The notes: generated by a model from the letters alone, not told the origin. Positions 27,556 to 38,181 are shown, counted from the first letter of the stretch. The stretch: DNA of 64,000 bases from an uncultured Candidatus Saccharibacteria bacterium (GCA_964582295.1 CAZOQP010000002.1:82268-146267); one strand, 5' to 3'. A program made the numbers and translations.

Positions 27556-28734
27556 TTACTCCGTCTCAGGCGTTATTGATAAACCGATGGGTTCAAACTT
27601 TTCAAGAGCTGCACTAACAAAAGAAATACAGTTAGAGTAAGGCAGCCCCTTAGCCAAGAGTGAAGCTGTCTCAATTTTCTTTGTTAAACGCTCCGTGTGA
27701 TCTCCATTCCAACGAGAAGAGATGACGCCCTTCACTTCTTTAGCTCCGTGCTCAATAATGGCAACGGTTAATCCATAGGAGATCAAGCCATTATTCATAC
27801 TATGAGCCCCTCCCTGCTTACCTGCCTCAGAGAGGATATGGAGGAAAAGATTAAGTTTATCGACCGGACCTAGGAGAGCTAACTGATTGGCGGGGCGACT
27901 TACAATGTCCCGCCAGGATTTATTTACGATTTTCTGAAAGAGACTAGGGGTAAATAGATCAGAAAATACAACAAGTTTAGTCCCATCTCGTTCCAACACA
28001 GAATTAAGCTCTCGCTTAACTGTGGCCGTTTTCTTAATCCGATATTCGTATCTGAATATTTCGCTATCTTGAAGACCGTGCCTTTCGACAAAATTTCTTT
28101 CTCGATTGATACGAGCCTTATCTGTGCGCTTATTTTTTGGTCTGGTTGAGTCAGAGATCTTGTCGTAAATTGAACGTTCAATGGTGCCGGAATAGATATT
28201 CAACACCCGCCCTCCTTTCTTAAACCTCGTGTCAGAAATATCTACCACCTTACTTATATCCACCTTAATAAGTTCGTTGAGAATCTCCCTCAACTGCATT
28301 TTCTTAGGCAACAGAACATTTTTGCAGAAATGGGCGGCAGATACAGAAGCCTTGGCGATTACCGAAGTTTCGATGAGTATCCCTGCATCAAGGAGGGCTG
28401 ATCTCAAGCGGTTAAAGACTTTTTCTTTATCGCTTTCCCGGACTTCTTGAATACTATTCCCGTATAGCAGCTTAGGAACAGAGAACTCGATCTTTAGGAT
28501 ATAGCGCATATCCTTTTTGTCCTCGGTTAAAGCCTCAAAGATTTCTATTCGCGGACGATAGCGATCCTGCTTTGGAGGGCGGAAGGTAAACCTCTTGAGA
28601 TATGGACGCAATGACTGACGCTCAGTCGGAGACAAATCCCGATAAGTTCGTGAGATAAGCTCGGGAACATACCAAGATAAATGCTTTATCTTAAATCTGC
28701 CCGGACCGGGGATTGTGAGAATGACAGTATCCAT
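27556..28734 (-). CDS. hypothetical protein (possible replication/initiator protein of the element)
   Basis: Basic 392-aa protein directly downstream of xis-int. No conserved motif confidently recognised. Confidence 0.3.
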   Translation of the reverse strand: MDTVILTIPGPGRFKIKHLSWYVPELISRTYRDLSPTERQSLRPYLKRFTFRPPKQDRYRPRIEIFEALTEDKKDMRYILKIEFSVPKLLYGNSIQEVRESDKEKVFNRLRSALLDAGILIETSVIAKASVSAAHFCKNVLLPKKMQLREILNELIKVDISKVVDISDTRFKKGGRVLNIYSGTIERSIYDKISDSTRPKNKRTDKARINRERNFVERHGLQDSEIFRYEYRIKKTATVKRELNSVLERDGTKLVVFSDLFTPSLFQKIVNKSWRDIVSRPANQLALLGPVDKLNLFLHILSEAGKQGGAHSMNNGLISYGLTVAIIEHGAKEVKGVISSRWNGDHTERLTKKIETASLLAKGLPYSNCISFVSAALEKFEPIGLSITPETE

Positions 28735-28771
28735 AGGAGTTTTGGTTGTTGTCGGTAGATTTCAAGGAATC

Positions 28772-29047
28772 CTATAGATCGGAGTAGAGTCTGTTCTTAA
28801 GAGCTTTCAGGTTGTCGAAATACGAACGCGCCGAAACTTTTAGAGTATCGGCAAGGTAGGCATCTGCTACAGTCTCAATTCTCTTGGTTCTTTTGAAGGT
28901 AAGGCGAGCCTTATTGGGATTAGTCTTATCCAGAAATAAAAGCCTGAACCCAAGACAGACAAGTGCCGCCGAGAGGCCGAGGTCATAGGTGTAATAGATT
29001 TCCGAGTCTCCTGTCGAATAGAAAACTTCTTTTTTCTTCGTGGTCAT
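28772..29047 (-). CDS. small hypothetical protein
   Basis: 91-aa ORF with AT-rich codon usage consistent with the host. Confidence 0.4.
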   Translation of the reverse strand: MTTKKKEVFYSTGDSEIYYTYDLGLSAALVCLGFRLLFLDKTNPNKARLTFKRTKRIETVADAYLADTLKVSARSYFDNLKALKNRLYSDL

Positions 29048-29230
29048 TGTAATTTTGATTAATTAATAAAGACCTGTCGAAGACAATATAAAAAAACCAC
29101 CGCACCCCACGCGAGGAGTGGGAAACGGTGGGACTAGTGGGGCAATAAAAGCTTATAAATTAAGGGTAATCGGACCAATCCACCAAAATTAAAATCGCCC
29201 GTCCCTCCTGTTCACACCAGATTTAGAGAA

Positions 29231-29731
29231 TTAATTAATGACTGACAACCACACTTTCAGTGAGTCAGATTCCAGCTTGAGCTTGGGTATATTTTTCACT
29301 TTCTTCTTATGTGCGCTAATAACACGCTGAACCTCTTTAAATGTCCCTTTGATGGCTGATTCTTTCTCCGATCTCCCCCTATAGGCATCTGCGGAGGTTT
29401 CATCTCTCCCATTCGTATTCATCTGCTCGAAAATAGCATCCATAGTTTTAGCTGTCCCAAATGGAGTGCACAATGCTTCTAGGAGTCTAAACTTGTTGGT
29501 CCTACAACCTCCAACTTGGATTTTCTCTCCTCCCAGGATTAAGTAGCCATTGTCTTTCTCTATCAAAGTATGCGGCTTGTCCTTAGACTGCCCTATAGCT
29601 GGTGAGGAATTTTCAGAAATATCATCAATCTCTTCAAAATGAAATTGAGCCTTATATTCTTCATAAAGCTTTCCAAAGTCCTTTGAGAAATTGATTCTTA
29701 AAATAGTATCCATATCATTCAAATTCGCCAA
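29231..29731 (-). CDS. hypothetical protein
   Basis: 166-aa ORF overlapping the upstream 542-aa ORF by 17 nt, consistent with operon coupling. Confidence 0.4.
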   Translation of the reverse strand: MANLNDMDTILRINFSKDFGKLYEEYKAQFHFEEIDDISENSSPAIGQSKDKPHTLIEKDNGYLILGGEKIQVGGCRTNKFRLLEALCTPFGTAKTMDAIFEQMNTNGRDETSADAYRGRSEKESAIKGTFKEVQRVISAHKKKVKNIPKLKLESDSLKVWLSVIN

Positions 29732-31343
29732 AAAACTCGAAGTTTCTAATCAAACCTTTATCCTGGAAGTGCCTGAGAACACTTTCTAGCTGATGGGCAT
29801 TGAGACTAGCCTCCCTCATCCATCTATTCCAATCGCTTTGAGGTATATCAATTTGACCTTGTTCTAGATCCCATTCCTCCTTTAGATGCTCGAGAATGAG
29901 CAATCTCTTCTTATCAGCATTATTTGGCTCTCTTTTACTATCAGAAGAAGACTGGGGTGAAGATATAACATTATCTGCAAACAAGCAGAGCTCAACAACT
30001 TTCGCTCTATATTCATTGAACTTATCTCTGTTTTTTACGAGAATATTTCTTCCCTCCACAAACTCTCGAGCCGGTTCGCTACTTATGACGGCAAGACTTA
30101 CCTCGCTTTGAAAACCCAGAGCCCCATTATCAAAGGCGCTTCTCATAACATAGTATAAAGTTCTTTTGTTATCCTCAGAAACCTTGTCCGCAATATTGAT
30201 AGCCTTGTTTATTCGACCAATAGGTGGAAGTTCGTCGTATATAAGATCAAGTATATTTTTTACGGCATACCATCTGTCCTTTTCTTTCTTGAGATCATCG
30301 GGGAACTTTAACGAAGAAACCCTGGATTTCTCTTTCTCTATATCCAGAATTTCCTTTGGAGGGTGCTTGCTGGGGTCTGGGAACTCGTCGGTAAGTTTGA
30401 AAACAACCTCCTCTTTTCTGAAATTCTTTATTGCTAGATTCCCAGCTCTAGCCAAGGCGATGATTGTCTCGTAAAAACGAATATGGTTCTTATCTATTTC
30501 CCAACCACCGAGCTTAGCTAACTCGTTAAAAGTCAAAGCAAGATTCCTGTTGTCATACTTTTTAGAAGCAATCAGTATGGAAGCGCATATCTTTTCTCTT
30601 TGTTGCCTATAGCCGTAATACCTAACACCCCTTGGCTGGTCCAGTTCGTTGAGCATAAAGGCGGTAATATATCCATCGAGTTTTTTGAAGAGTTCTACTT
30701 TATTGATCTTCAAGTTAAAGGTCAAAGCTTTCCAAATTTGGTCTATTGCTCCTCGTTCCGCAAAGATTTTTATATCAACAATTGAGAGCTCCTCTCCATT
30801 TTTAACTTTATTGAAAAGTTTCTCCCCCAAGGAACAAAAATTGTCTATTCTATAGCTTTTTGTAACTTTGCCTGTGCTCGGATGATGGGAAAAGGCCATA
30901 CTTCGAGCAATGAGGTTAGCTTTTTCTTTTTGCGCAGCAATCTTGCGCTCCTCACTTTGATAGTAATCCAGATAACCTTTCGGAATACGAATATTAGATA
31001 TTGTTACTGGCTTAGTAAAGTTATCGTGTAGCTCGATCAAAGCCTTTAAAACCTCCTGGGGACGGAAGTAATAATATCGGTTCTCCAGGTTATCGTGCGG
31101 GCCAATGTCAGTTTTCATTAGCCGCTTCTCAATTCGAGCCAAATAGGCTTCTCTTTCTATCAAATCTACTGACCCTTGTGCTTCCTCAGCTATAAGATCA
31201 CGCTGTTCTGATTCCTCAAAGAAAATAAAATCGCTTACTCTATAGTTTCTCCCCTCAAGCTCATCACTGAGCAGAAGTTTCTCCCAAAGATAAACTTTCC
31301 ATTCAGGCAAATAATGGGTAATTTTCATTGTAATTTCCTTCAA
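29715..31343 (-). CDS. hypothetical protein (542 aa)
   Basis: Long ORF with no recognisable motif. Confidence 0.45.
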   Translation of the reverse strand: MKEITMKITHYLPEWKVYLWEKLLLSDELEGRNYRVSDFIFFEESEQRDLIAEEAQGSVDLIEREAYLARIEKRLMKTDIGPHDNLENRYYYFRPQEVLKALIELHDNFTKPVTISNIRIPKGYLDYYQSEERKIAAQKEKANLIARSMAFSHHPSTGKVTKSYRIDNFCSLGEKLFNKVKNGEELSIVDIKIFAERGAIDQIWKALTFNLKINKVELFKKLDGYITAFMLNELDQPRGVRYYGYRQQREKICASILIASKKYDNRNLALTFNELAKLGGWEIDKNHIRFYETIIALARAGNLAIKNFRKEEVVFKLTDEFPDPSKHPPKEILDIEKEKSRVSSLKFPDDLKKEKDRWYAVKNILDLIYDELPPIGRINKAINIADKVSEDNKRTLYYVMRSAFDNGALGFQSEVSLAVISSEPAREFVEGRNILVKNRDKFNEYRAKVVELCLFADNVISSPQSSSDSKREPNNADKKRLLILEHLKEEWDLEQGQIDIPQSDWNRWMREASLNAHQLESVLRHFQDKGLIRNFEFFGEFE

Positions 31344-31526
31344 ATTTACCCCTTATTTGCCTGTTTTACAATAAAAGATCCGAAAGTTTAGCTCACTTAT
31401 TACGTTTATATTGCTATCCACACTAATGCCTTGAATATGGCATTTTAAGGGAAATCGAGCTATACTATAGCTACTCATCTACCACGAGTAGAAGGAGCAT
31501 CCGAAACCGTCCCGCAAGGGGCGGTT

Positions 31527-32033
31527 TCAGCCTTTTATACGGTTCTGTCTATATTCTTCTCTATCTCGTTCGAATGACTTTATGCGGCGAGGATCAGTTA
31601 CTTGGTAAGCACTAAGTAAAACAAAGTATTGGCTTCTTTTTGCTAAGACTACTGCAAATTGGCCTTTCTCATACCAAATAACCCAATTCTTAGAACTACC
31701 TCTTCTGCTCTCCCAATAGGAAATTATTGACTCATTTTCACAGTTCTTGATAATCCAAGACACCCATCCGATCCGCTTGCAACGCTGGAAGTCAGGAGTT
31801 CTATCCTCTTCTTTTTCTCCCTCTGTTATTAAATGCCAGAAAGTAAAATGTTTCCCTTTCTCCTCAGGGAATCGCCTAGGATTGACTGGTAAGCCTTGAA
31901 AGCGCAACTTATCTTCAACAATAGTCTTCTTAAACACCTCAAAGAGACTTTCTTCATAAGCCTTCCATTCTTCTGTCCGACCGGAGAATTCTATTAATTC
32001 AGGTGGAGTTACATCTATTTCTTCGGACGCCAT
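31527..32033 (-). CDS. hypothetical protein
   Basis: 168-aa ORF overlapping the DUF3800 gene by 19 nt. Confidence 0.4.
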   Translation of the reverse strand: MASEEIDVTPPELIEFSGRTEEWKAYEESLFEVFKKTIVEDKLRFQGLPVNPRRFPEEKGKHFTFWHLITEGEKEEDRTPDFQRCKRIGWVSWIIKNCENESIISYWESRRGSSKNWVIWYEKGQFAVVLAKRSQYFVLLSAYQVTDPRRIKSFERDREEYRQNRIKG

Positions 32034-32713
32034 ATCAGGATATTGAATTTAGACTCATCACGAGATGAGGAGGTGAGCATAACCTCTCCTATCTTGCTCT
32101 CGATCTCTTTAATAACTTGGACCTTGCCACTATTTTTATTAAGACCTCTATGCTTATAAGAAAGTGCACCAGCGAAAATATCGACAAGCTGCATAATCTC
32201 CACCTCATTGGACCTAATCTGTTGTGCTCTGGAGATTGCAATATCCTCTACGCTGGCAATATTGAGTATGCGCTTAAGCTCCATAACCTTTAGATTGCTC
32301 CTGGTATCCTTCATATCAAGATAAAGGTTATACTCCGCATCTTCTCTTATAATAAATTTAAGAAGAAGGTAGAACATCTTGTAATACCAGGTATTGTGAT
32401 CTTGAGAGTAGGCAGAATGGTCAAGAACCGTCTTATCCGGCACCACCACTACCCTAAAATGAAGATCGGGATTATCGAAGAAGTATCTAACTAGCTCGCA
32501 ATAGTATTCAGCTTTTGCTTTGGAGATCTTTGTCCACTTTGCTTCAAAGTGGGGTGGAAGATTGTGCTTTTGCTTTATAGCTCGAATCTCCTCGAAGATT
32601 TGTGAGGTCTTCTCTTTCTCTGCCCATATAGCACCTAGCACAAAGGACTTATTTTTGTCGTTCAACAAGTGACAGCTCTCGTCGCAATAGATATTGTAGG
32701 TTGGCTTAGGCAT
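32015..32713 (-). CDS. DUF3800-family protein
   Basis: N-terminus YNIYCDESCHL and C-terminal QLVDIFAGALSY resemble DUF3800 (DESG...ADxxAG). Confidence 0.5.
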   Translation of the reverse strand: MPKPTYNIYCDESCHLLNDKNKSFVLGAIWAEKEKTSQIFEEIRAIKQKHNLPPHFEAKWTKISKAKAEYYCELVRYFFDNPDLHFRVVVVPDKTVLDHSAYSQDHNTWYYKMFYLLLKFIIREDAEYNLYLDMKDTRSNLKVMELKRILNIASVEDIAISRAQQIRSNEVEIMQLVDIFAGALSYKHRGLNKNSGKVQVIKEIESKIGEVMLTSSSRDESKFNILIWRPKK

Positions 32714-32724
32714 ATTGGTTTTGA

Positions 32725-33357
32725 CTACTTTAATCTACTCCTTTTTCTCAATTTTGCCATATCTTTCCGCATCTCCTCTCTAAATTCTCTCTTAGACTTT
32801 TCAGTCATTTTGTCTCGATGACGAATATAAGACTTCCATTCAGGATTGTGGCGTTCAATTAGCCCTGGGTTATCTTTCTTGAGGAAGATATAGTCAAGGA
32901 TCTTGCCTTCCTCATTAGTAATTTCCCTGGCCACCAACTTCCCTTCCCTGATCATCTTTCTGACCGAAACCGTTCTCACTTTAAACATATCAGCTACTTT
33001 CCACATCCTAAAGAAACTATCGCTATGCTTTATTACATAAGCAGGAATAACACCATTCTTGATCGCTCTGTGGCAATTTAGACATCTTTGACCTCCTTTG
33101 TGATACCAGCCAGTCTGCGGATTGATTGAGGTGTAACATACTAAGCAATTATAAGTTCCTTCGACCGGGAAACCATCTGGCTCTGCTTTTAAGCGTTTCT
33201 CATTTTGAACGTGTCTCTTTGCTACTTCCCAAACTATGTCGAGATAACCAGCAAAATTATGGGCGGCCTCTCTCGCCTTTTCGTCAGTTATTTCCTCCCT
33301 GCTATCCTTCTGCATAATCTCCTTTAGCTCTTGGATTCTTTCTTCTGATAGTTCCAT
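32725..33357 (-). CDS. hypothetical zinc-ribbon protein
   Basis: CLVC...CLNCH pair. Highly charged termini. Confidence 0.4.
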   Translation of the reverse strand: MELSEERIQELKEIMQKDSREEITDEKAREAAHNFAGYLDIVWEVAKRHVQNEKRLKAEPDGFPVEGTYNCLVCYTSINPQTGWYHKGGQRCLNCHRAIKNGVIPAYVIKHSDSFFRMWKVADMFKVRTVSVRKMIREGKLVAREITNEEGKILDYIFLKKDNPGLIERHNPEWKSYIRHRDKMTEKSKREFREEMRKDMAKLRKRSRLK

Positions 33358-33474
33358 AGTCTTATACCTAATTAATAAAATCTGGCCCGTATTTTACACT
33401 CGAAGGTAAAAATGGAAACGGCACCCATTTAGGATGCCGTTCACGTCTAGCGATCTCGCTATAAAAAAGGAAAG

Positions 33475-34374
33475 TTAAACAACCCCCTGTCCGTATCGGA
33501 GCACAAGTATTATAAATAGTGCAGATACTGATATAAGTATGCCCCCAGCAAGCCATATACCTTTGTGATGCCTCTTAAACTCAATAAGAGCCCCAATAAG
33601 CATCAGGCTTGCTATCAGGGCGATAAGTAGGCTATAAAGCCCGATTAGGCTTCGCTTTGGGGATGATACTATTTCCTCAATAATAGAGATGTTGTCTGTA
33701 TAAGCTCCCTCGACTCTCTTTTCTATAGCTTCTGGAATTGCTATCGAGGCCGCCTGCGCCGTAGGTGTTGATCTAACCTCTGTTTTGGGAGTAGCCTTGG
33801 CGACTTGAACTTGCTTTTCAGCAGGGGCCCCGAACATTTGCACAACGAAAGTTGTCTCTCTGCCCTGATACATTCCAACAGCCGTAGCCACTCCTATTTC
33901 CTTAAAATCAGAATTTAGGATATTTGCCTTGTGGCCCGGAGAAGACATCCAAGCATCTGTTACGTCCTTAGAGTCGATGAAATCAATTGCTAAATTCTCT
34001 CCTGCGTATTTGTAAACATATCCTGCCTTTTCTATCCAATACCAAGGTTTCTTTCCATCAGGGCTATTGTGAGCAAAATAGCCCTTCTCTGCCATATCGT
34101 TTGCCTTTAGCTGAGCCGCTTGAGTTAGCAGGTCATTCGGCACAAAAGCAGTTTTTCCCACTGCCTGTCTGTCATCGTTCGTATAAGCGACAACCATTCC
34201 TGCATAAACGGCAGCAAATGAGCTTAGTTTGGGAAGATGGACGAGTATTTTGGATGAGACAAAAAATAATCCAACAAGTGCAATCACAGCAACAATTACT
34301 CCCGTAATCCTGAAAAGGTGGGGATGGTAGTTATTACTGTGATGAGGGACTAGATATTTCTTTACTCGTCTCAT
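33475..34374 (-). CDS. CAP/SCP (YkwD-like) domain membrane protein
   Basis: N-terminal TM, CAP core YFAHNSPDGKKPW...GENLA...WMSSPGHKANIL, and a C-terminal TM. Confidence 0.55.
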   Translation of the reverse strand: MRRVKKYLVPHHSNNYHPHLFRITGVIVAVIALVGLFFVSSKILVHLPKLSSFAAVYAGMVVAYTNDDRQAVGKTAFVPNDLLTQAAQLKANDMAEKGYFAHNSPDGKKPWYWIEKAGYVYKYAGENLAIDFIDSKDVTDAWMSSPGHKANILNSDFKEIGVATAVGMYQGRETTFVVQMFGAPAEKQVQVAKATPKTEVRSTPTAQAASIAIPEAIEKRVEGAYTDNISIIEEIVSSPKRSLIGLYSLLIALIASLMLIGALIEFKRHHKGIWLAGGILISVSALFIILVLRYGQGVV

Positions 34375-34441
34375 ATTTTAATTATGACACGTCAAAAATA
34401 CTCAACTCGCTTGCGAATTGGTATTTACTTGTCTGCTCACT

Positions 34442-34996
34442 TTAGCGGCTACCTGATGCTGCTACTGCCGCAAGCTGTGCTTGAAGCAACTGTATCGCCT
34501 GTTGTATCAGTCCCACAACTCGGGTCTTAAGACTTGCAACCTCTGGACTCTCGACGGTAGTAGATACTACGGTGCTGTTAAGCTGGGCTAGAGTCAGATT
34601 ACCCACATAACCAGTAGTAGGTATGTTGTGTGCTGCCTGATAAGCCATTACTGCCGCCTGGGTAATAGTTCCGAAGTATCCGGTCGGTTCAACACCGAAG
34701 AACCCCTCTGCCTTTAACAGCTTCTGAAGTTCGGTTACTTCTTCCCCTCTAGAACCAAGAGTAAGATGAGAGTCAAACCTGAAACCTGCCTCTCCCAAGA
34801 CTGAACCTGTGTTGATTTGAGCCACAGGAGCAGCCACTACTGGAGGTCTGTTAAACTGTCCAGATCTACCACCAGTTCTGATTACTGAAGGAGGGATTAT
34901 ACCTCCTCCACCTCCACCATACTGTGCATAGCTCGGAGTGGGCATTGCTACAGCAATCAAAGCGGTAATAGCTAATGTTCCAATTATTTTTTTCAT
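34442..34996 (-). CDS. secreted protein with peptidoglycan-binding (PG_binding_1-like) domain
   Basis: Signal peptide MKKIIGTLAITALIAVA, a Gly run, and LGSRGEEVTELQKLLKAEGFF...GYFGTITQAAVMAYQ. Confidence 0.55.
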   Translation of the reverse strand: MKKIIGTLAITALIAVAMPTPSYAQYGGGGGGIIPPSVIRTGGRSGQFNRPPVVAAPVAQINTGSVLGEAGFRFDSHLTLGSRGEEVTELQKLLKAEGFFGVEPTGYFGTITQAAVMAYQAAHNIPTTGYVGNLTLAQLNSTVVSTTVESPEVASLKTRVVGLIQQAIQLLQAQLAAVAASGSR

Positions 34997-35057
34997 TTCC
35001 TTGGATGGATTTACTTTTAATCGCCTAGTTTAACGACTTGTGGCAGGTCGTAGAGAG

Positions 35058-36347
35058 TTACCCCCGAGTAACCCAGCGTTTGTCTCTGGCTGTAAACAAG
35101 GCGTATATGTTGAGCCAATAGAGAAATAGCTCGCGGAGAATTGAATAGACAAATAACCTCCACACCTTCTCTTTGCCCTCTAGGTAAACAAAAATATAGT
35201 GGACGAACATAAACAGGAACCAGCTCGGGAGTATAAATATGAGGAAGAATAACGGCTGGGTAAATATGACAAACAAAATCGCAACTCGTAAGCCAAAGGT
35301 AAAGAATAGCAAGGTTAAATCCCATAAGAGCATTTCAAAAAAGAGTTGCTTTCTGCTTCCCCAAGCATAAGTAAGAGCGTAGATTGCCTCACGGATAAAA
35401 CCTCTCTTCCATCGTAACTGCTGCCTCAAGAAGCTCCTGACAGTCGCTGGAGTTTCTGTATAAGCAATAGCCTCTGCCACATAAGCCACCTCATACTTAC
35501 GCTTTAATATGAGATTTGTTAAGTGCCTGTCGTCAGAGGAGTTGCATTGTTCTCCCAAGAACTCTTGATTTAGAAATTCATCAATTATTTCCTTAATTAT
35601 TGAGGCTTTGTATGCTGATAAGCATCCACTACAGCACTCAACCATCCCTACTGAAGATTGGGCTTTCTTATATACATTCAAGCTAATCCAATAATGTATT
35701 TTTATCAGTCTGGTAAGCCAATTCTGGTTTTCATTCAAGAGAAGTATGTAGCCAGTTGATGCTCCTACACGAGGGTCTTTTAGTGGTTCTACTAATCTCA
35801 CTAAAGCATTCTCATCAAGCACGGTATCACTATCAACTGTTATCACAAATTCACTATCCTGAACCATTTTTGATACTGCGTGATGAAGAGCGTGCCTTTT
35901 ACCCTTATTATTTTCAAAGAGGTGAATTTCAATTTGCGAGTATGTCTTTTGGAGATCCCTTACGACTTTTTCTATTCCCTCTCTTATATCCTTTTTTGAG
36001 CCATCATCAACAAGTAGAATTTTCTTATTTCCTTTGGCGGCAATTATAGACTCTAGGGATTTCTTTAAGAGTTCAGGACGTTCGTTATAACAAGGCACTA
36101 CCACTGCAATAGTTTCATTGTCGTAAGAGGGATATTTGGTTTTCCTAATATCACTTAGGAATAGAAGACCGAAAATATACCAAGTGTAAGTTATAGCTAG
36201 AACAAAATAGACACGAGCGTAAATTGTCCAAAGATTATCATTTAAAGTGATGAAAGAATGGAGGAATACAAAAATAGAAATCCCAAGCAGGACGAATAAA
36301 CATAGGTATATAAGCAACATCAACTGACTATGAGTTATTTTCGGCAT
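35058..36347 (-). CDS. family-2 glycosyltransferase, processive type
   Basis: DDGSKKD, VTVDSDT (DxD), and QQLRWKRG (QxxRW), with multiple TM helices. Confidence 0.7.
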   Translation of the reverse strand: MPKITHSQLMLLIYLCLFVLLGISIFVFLHSFITLNDNLWTIYARVYFVLAITYTWYIFGLLFLSDIRKTKYPSYDNETIAVVVPCYNERPELLKKSLESIIAAKGNKKILLVDDGSKKDIREGIEKVVRDLQKTYSQIEIHLFENNKGKRHALHHAVSKMVQDSEFVITVDSDTVLDENALVRLVEPLKDPRVGASTGYILLLNENQNWLTRLIKIHYWISLNVYKKAQSSVGMVECCSGCLSAYKASIIKEIIDEFLNQEFLGEQCNSSDDRHLTNLILKRKYEVAYVAEAIAYTETPATVRSFLRQQLRWKRGFIREAIYALTYAWGSRKQLFFEMLLWDLTLLFFTFGLRVAILFVIFTQPLFFLIFILPSWFLFMFVHYIFVYLEGKEKVWRLFVYSILRELFLYWLNIYALFTARDKRWVTRG

Positions 36348-36679
36348 ATGTCCTTAGAAGAAAACCTCCAAGAGACCATATGTCGTAAATAACGAAAGCA
36401 TCAAGAAGACGATTACCCAGGTTATTTTCTTTTCTGTGCTCACTTGGATGGATTTGATTGTCTTACGCACAAAGCCCGCCGCCAGGAGCTCTAGGCTTTC
36501 GCCCAGAACGTATAGGTTTCCCCATACGACCATCCAAGGAACCCTGACGACGGGTTTTCTGACTTGGATGGTTTTAGAGCCGTGCCTCTTACGAGGGTTA
36601 GGCTAATTTCCCTACACTTTCACTCACAAGTCAAACTATATTATAATACCCCTATATTGTCAAGGAAAATACGTGGATA

Positions 36680-37711
36680 CTAAAACCAGCTAATCCTTTT
36701 CATCAATTTCTGAGTATTCCCGTGTCTCAAAAGACCTAGGTAAGACTGAATTGTTTCTGTCTTCGCCTCTTTTGCTTGGACAGCATTTAGGGCTCTCCTC
36801 TTAGTTGTAGTCCTTACCACCCGGTGATCAGGAAAATTAACCCAGCCGAGGAAGTCCACTCCAGAGGCGACAGTTTTGGTAAAGACTTTATCCGGGTGAA
36901 GTTCTAGTTTCAATTTTTTCCCAAGAAACTGCCGAATAGTAACCAGGACATTATCCAGCTTCTTCTTATCACCGGAAAGGATAACGAAATCGTCAGCGAA
37001 GCGAATATAGCGCTTGATTTTTAATTCTCTTTTAACAAATTGATCGAGCTCGTTCATATAGATATTTACGAGCAGTTGCGAAGTAAGATTACCTAGTGGC
37101 AATCCCATCCCTTCTTTGACTGGCTGGAAACTATCAACAATCTGATCAAGTAGCCAAAGAATATCCTTGTCAGGAATGTAGTGCTTGAGAATATCTTTCA
37201 GGACGGCGTGATCAATCGTAGCGAAGAACTTCTTTATATCGCACTTCAAAATCCAGACGGTTCTCGTGTGGTTCTGACTCTCGATATAAGCGAAATTCCT
37301 AAATTTCTCTATAGCTTTGTGTGTTCCTTTCTCCAAGCGACAGGAGTAAGAGTCGTGTATAAAAGTCCGGTCGAAAAAGGGATAGAGCACTCTATAAATC
37401 GCGTGATGAAGTAGCCTGTCTCTAACGGCTGCTTTGTGTATATTCCTGGGTTTAGGATCGGAGATATTAAAGGCTTGATAAGGCGAGTGTCGGTAGGTTT
37501 TCTCGGCGAGATCTTTATTTAAAGCTATGATATTACTCATCAAGTTTCGCTCAAAGATCTGCACATCCTTCCTTGAACGCTTACCATTTAGAAACTCCTT
37601 CCAGGCTTGGAGAAGATTTTCAAGAGAAATGATATGCTCATATTTATGAACAAGCCGAATACCCATATAGGTGAGTCTACCCCCCCCCCGCACTTTTGCC
37701 AGTAGTAGCAA
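36680..37711 (-). CDS. DGR-type reverse transcriptase
   Basis: RT motifs: ISDPKPRNIHKAAVRDRL, CDIKKFFATIDH, GLPLGNLTSQLLVNIYMNELD ([I/L]GxxxSQ, typical of DGR RTs), and YIRFADDFVIL (YxDD). About 340 aa with no maturase/endonuclease. The true start is probably the internal Met MGIRLV. Confidence 0.85.
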   Translation of the reverse strand: MLLLAKVRGGGRLTYMGIRLVHKYEHIISLENLLQAWKEFLNGKRSRKDVQIFERNLMSNIIALNKDLAEKTYRHSPYQAFNISDPKPRNIHKAAVRDRLLHHAIYRVLYPFFDRTFIHDSYSCRLEKGTHKAIEKFRNFAYIESQNHTRTVWILKCDIKKFFATIDHAVLKDILKHYIPDKDILWLLDQIVDSFQPVKEGMGLPLGNLTSQLLVNIYMNELDQFVKRELKIKRYIRFADDFVILSGDKKKLDNVLVTIRQFLGKKLKLELHPDKVFTKTVASGVDFLGWVNFPDHRVVRTTTKRRALNAVQAKEAKTETIQSYLGLLRHGNTQKLMKRISWF

Positions 37712-38045
37712 AAGTTAAAAATTGTTATTTAACTTGGATTACTTACCAAAACAATCTGCCAAAAGTGCAGAAATATTCTCTCGGTTTAAGAATTGAGAGT
37801 CTGTTCGTGGAAACAATTGAAGCAGCATCTATCGCTTGGTTTCTTCCCCAGCAGGAGAAGCAACCTTATATCCGTTTAGCCATAAGGAAATGGGACACTC
37901 TCAAAGTCTTACTGCTAATTCTCTGGGAGGCAAAAGGTATCGATAATAAAAAATATATTAACTTATCCGTTCCTATGGAAGAAGTAGGAAGGATGCTTGG
38001 AGGATGGAATGGGCAGATCACTGCTAAACAAAACTCCCCTGCAAG

Positions 38046-38181
38046 AGCAGGAGAGAAATGAAAAGACTTTCGGGGCGAGGAACACGAAACCGTTCTCACG
38101 ATTCCACCTGTTGTCGGAGTTGCCGTTGTAGGCGTTGAGCCACCGGCCTTCGTCGTTGCGGTTGAGACCGAGAACGTTCGG
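38046..38181 (-). repeat. DGR template repeat (TR), 136 bp
   Basis: Aligns to 38593..38728 with 19 mismatches, all at TR T on the given strand (A on the coding strand). Its pseudo-ORF is Asn(AAC)-rich: GNPNVLGLNRNDEGRWLNAYNGNSDNRWNRENGFVFLAP. Confidence 0.8.

Noticed and set aside
36348-36679. c-di-GMP-I (GEMM) riboswitch, suggested by an ACGCACAAAGCC segment.
   Set aside because: The resemblance is on the strand opposite to the downstream GT2 gene, and the paired GEMM P1/P2 consensus blocks are not both present.
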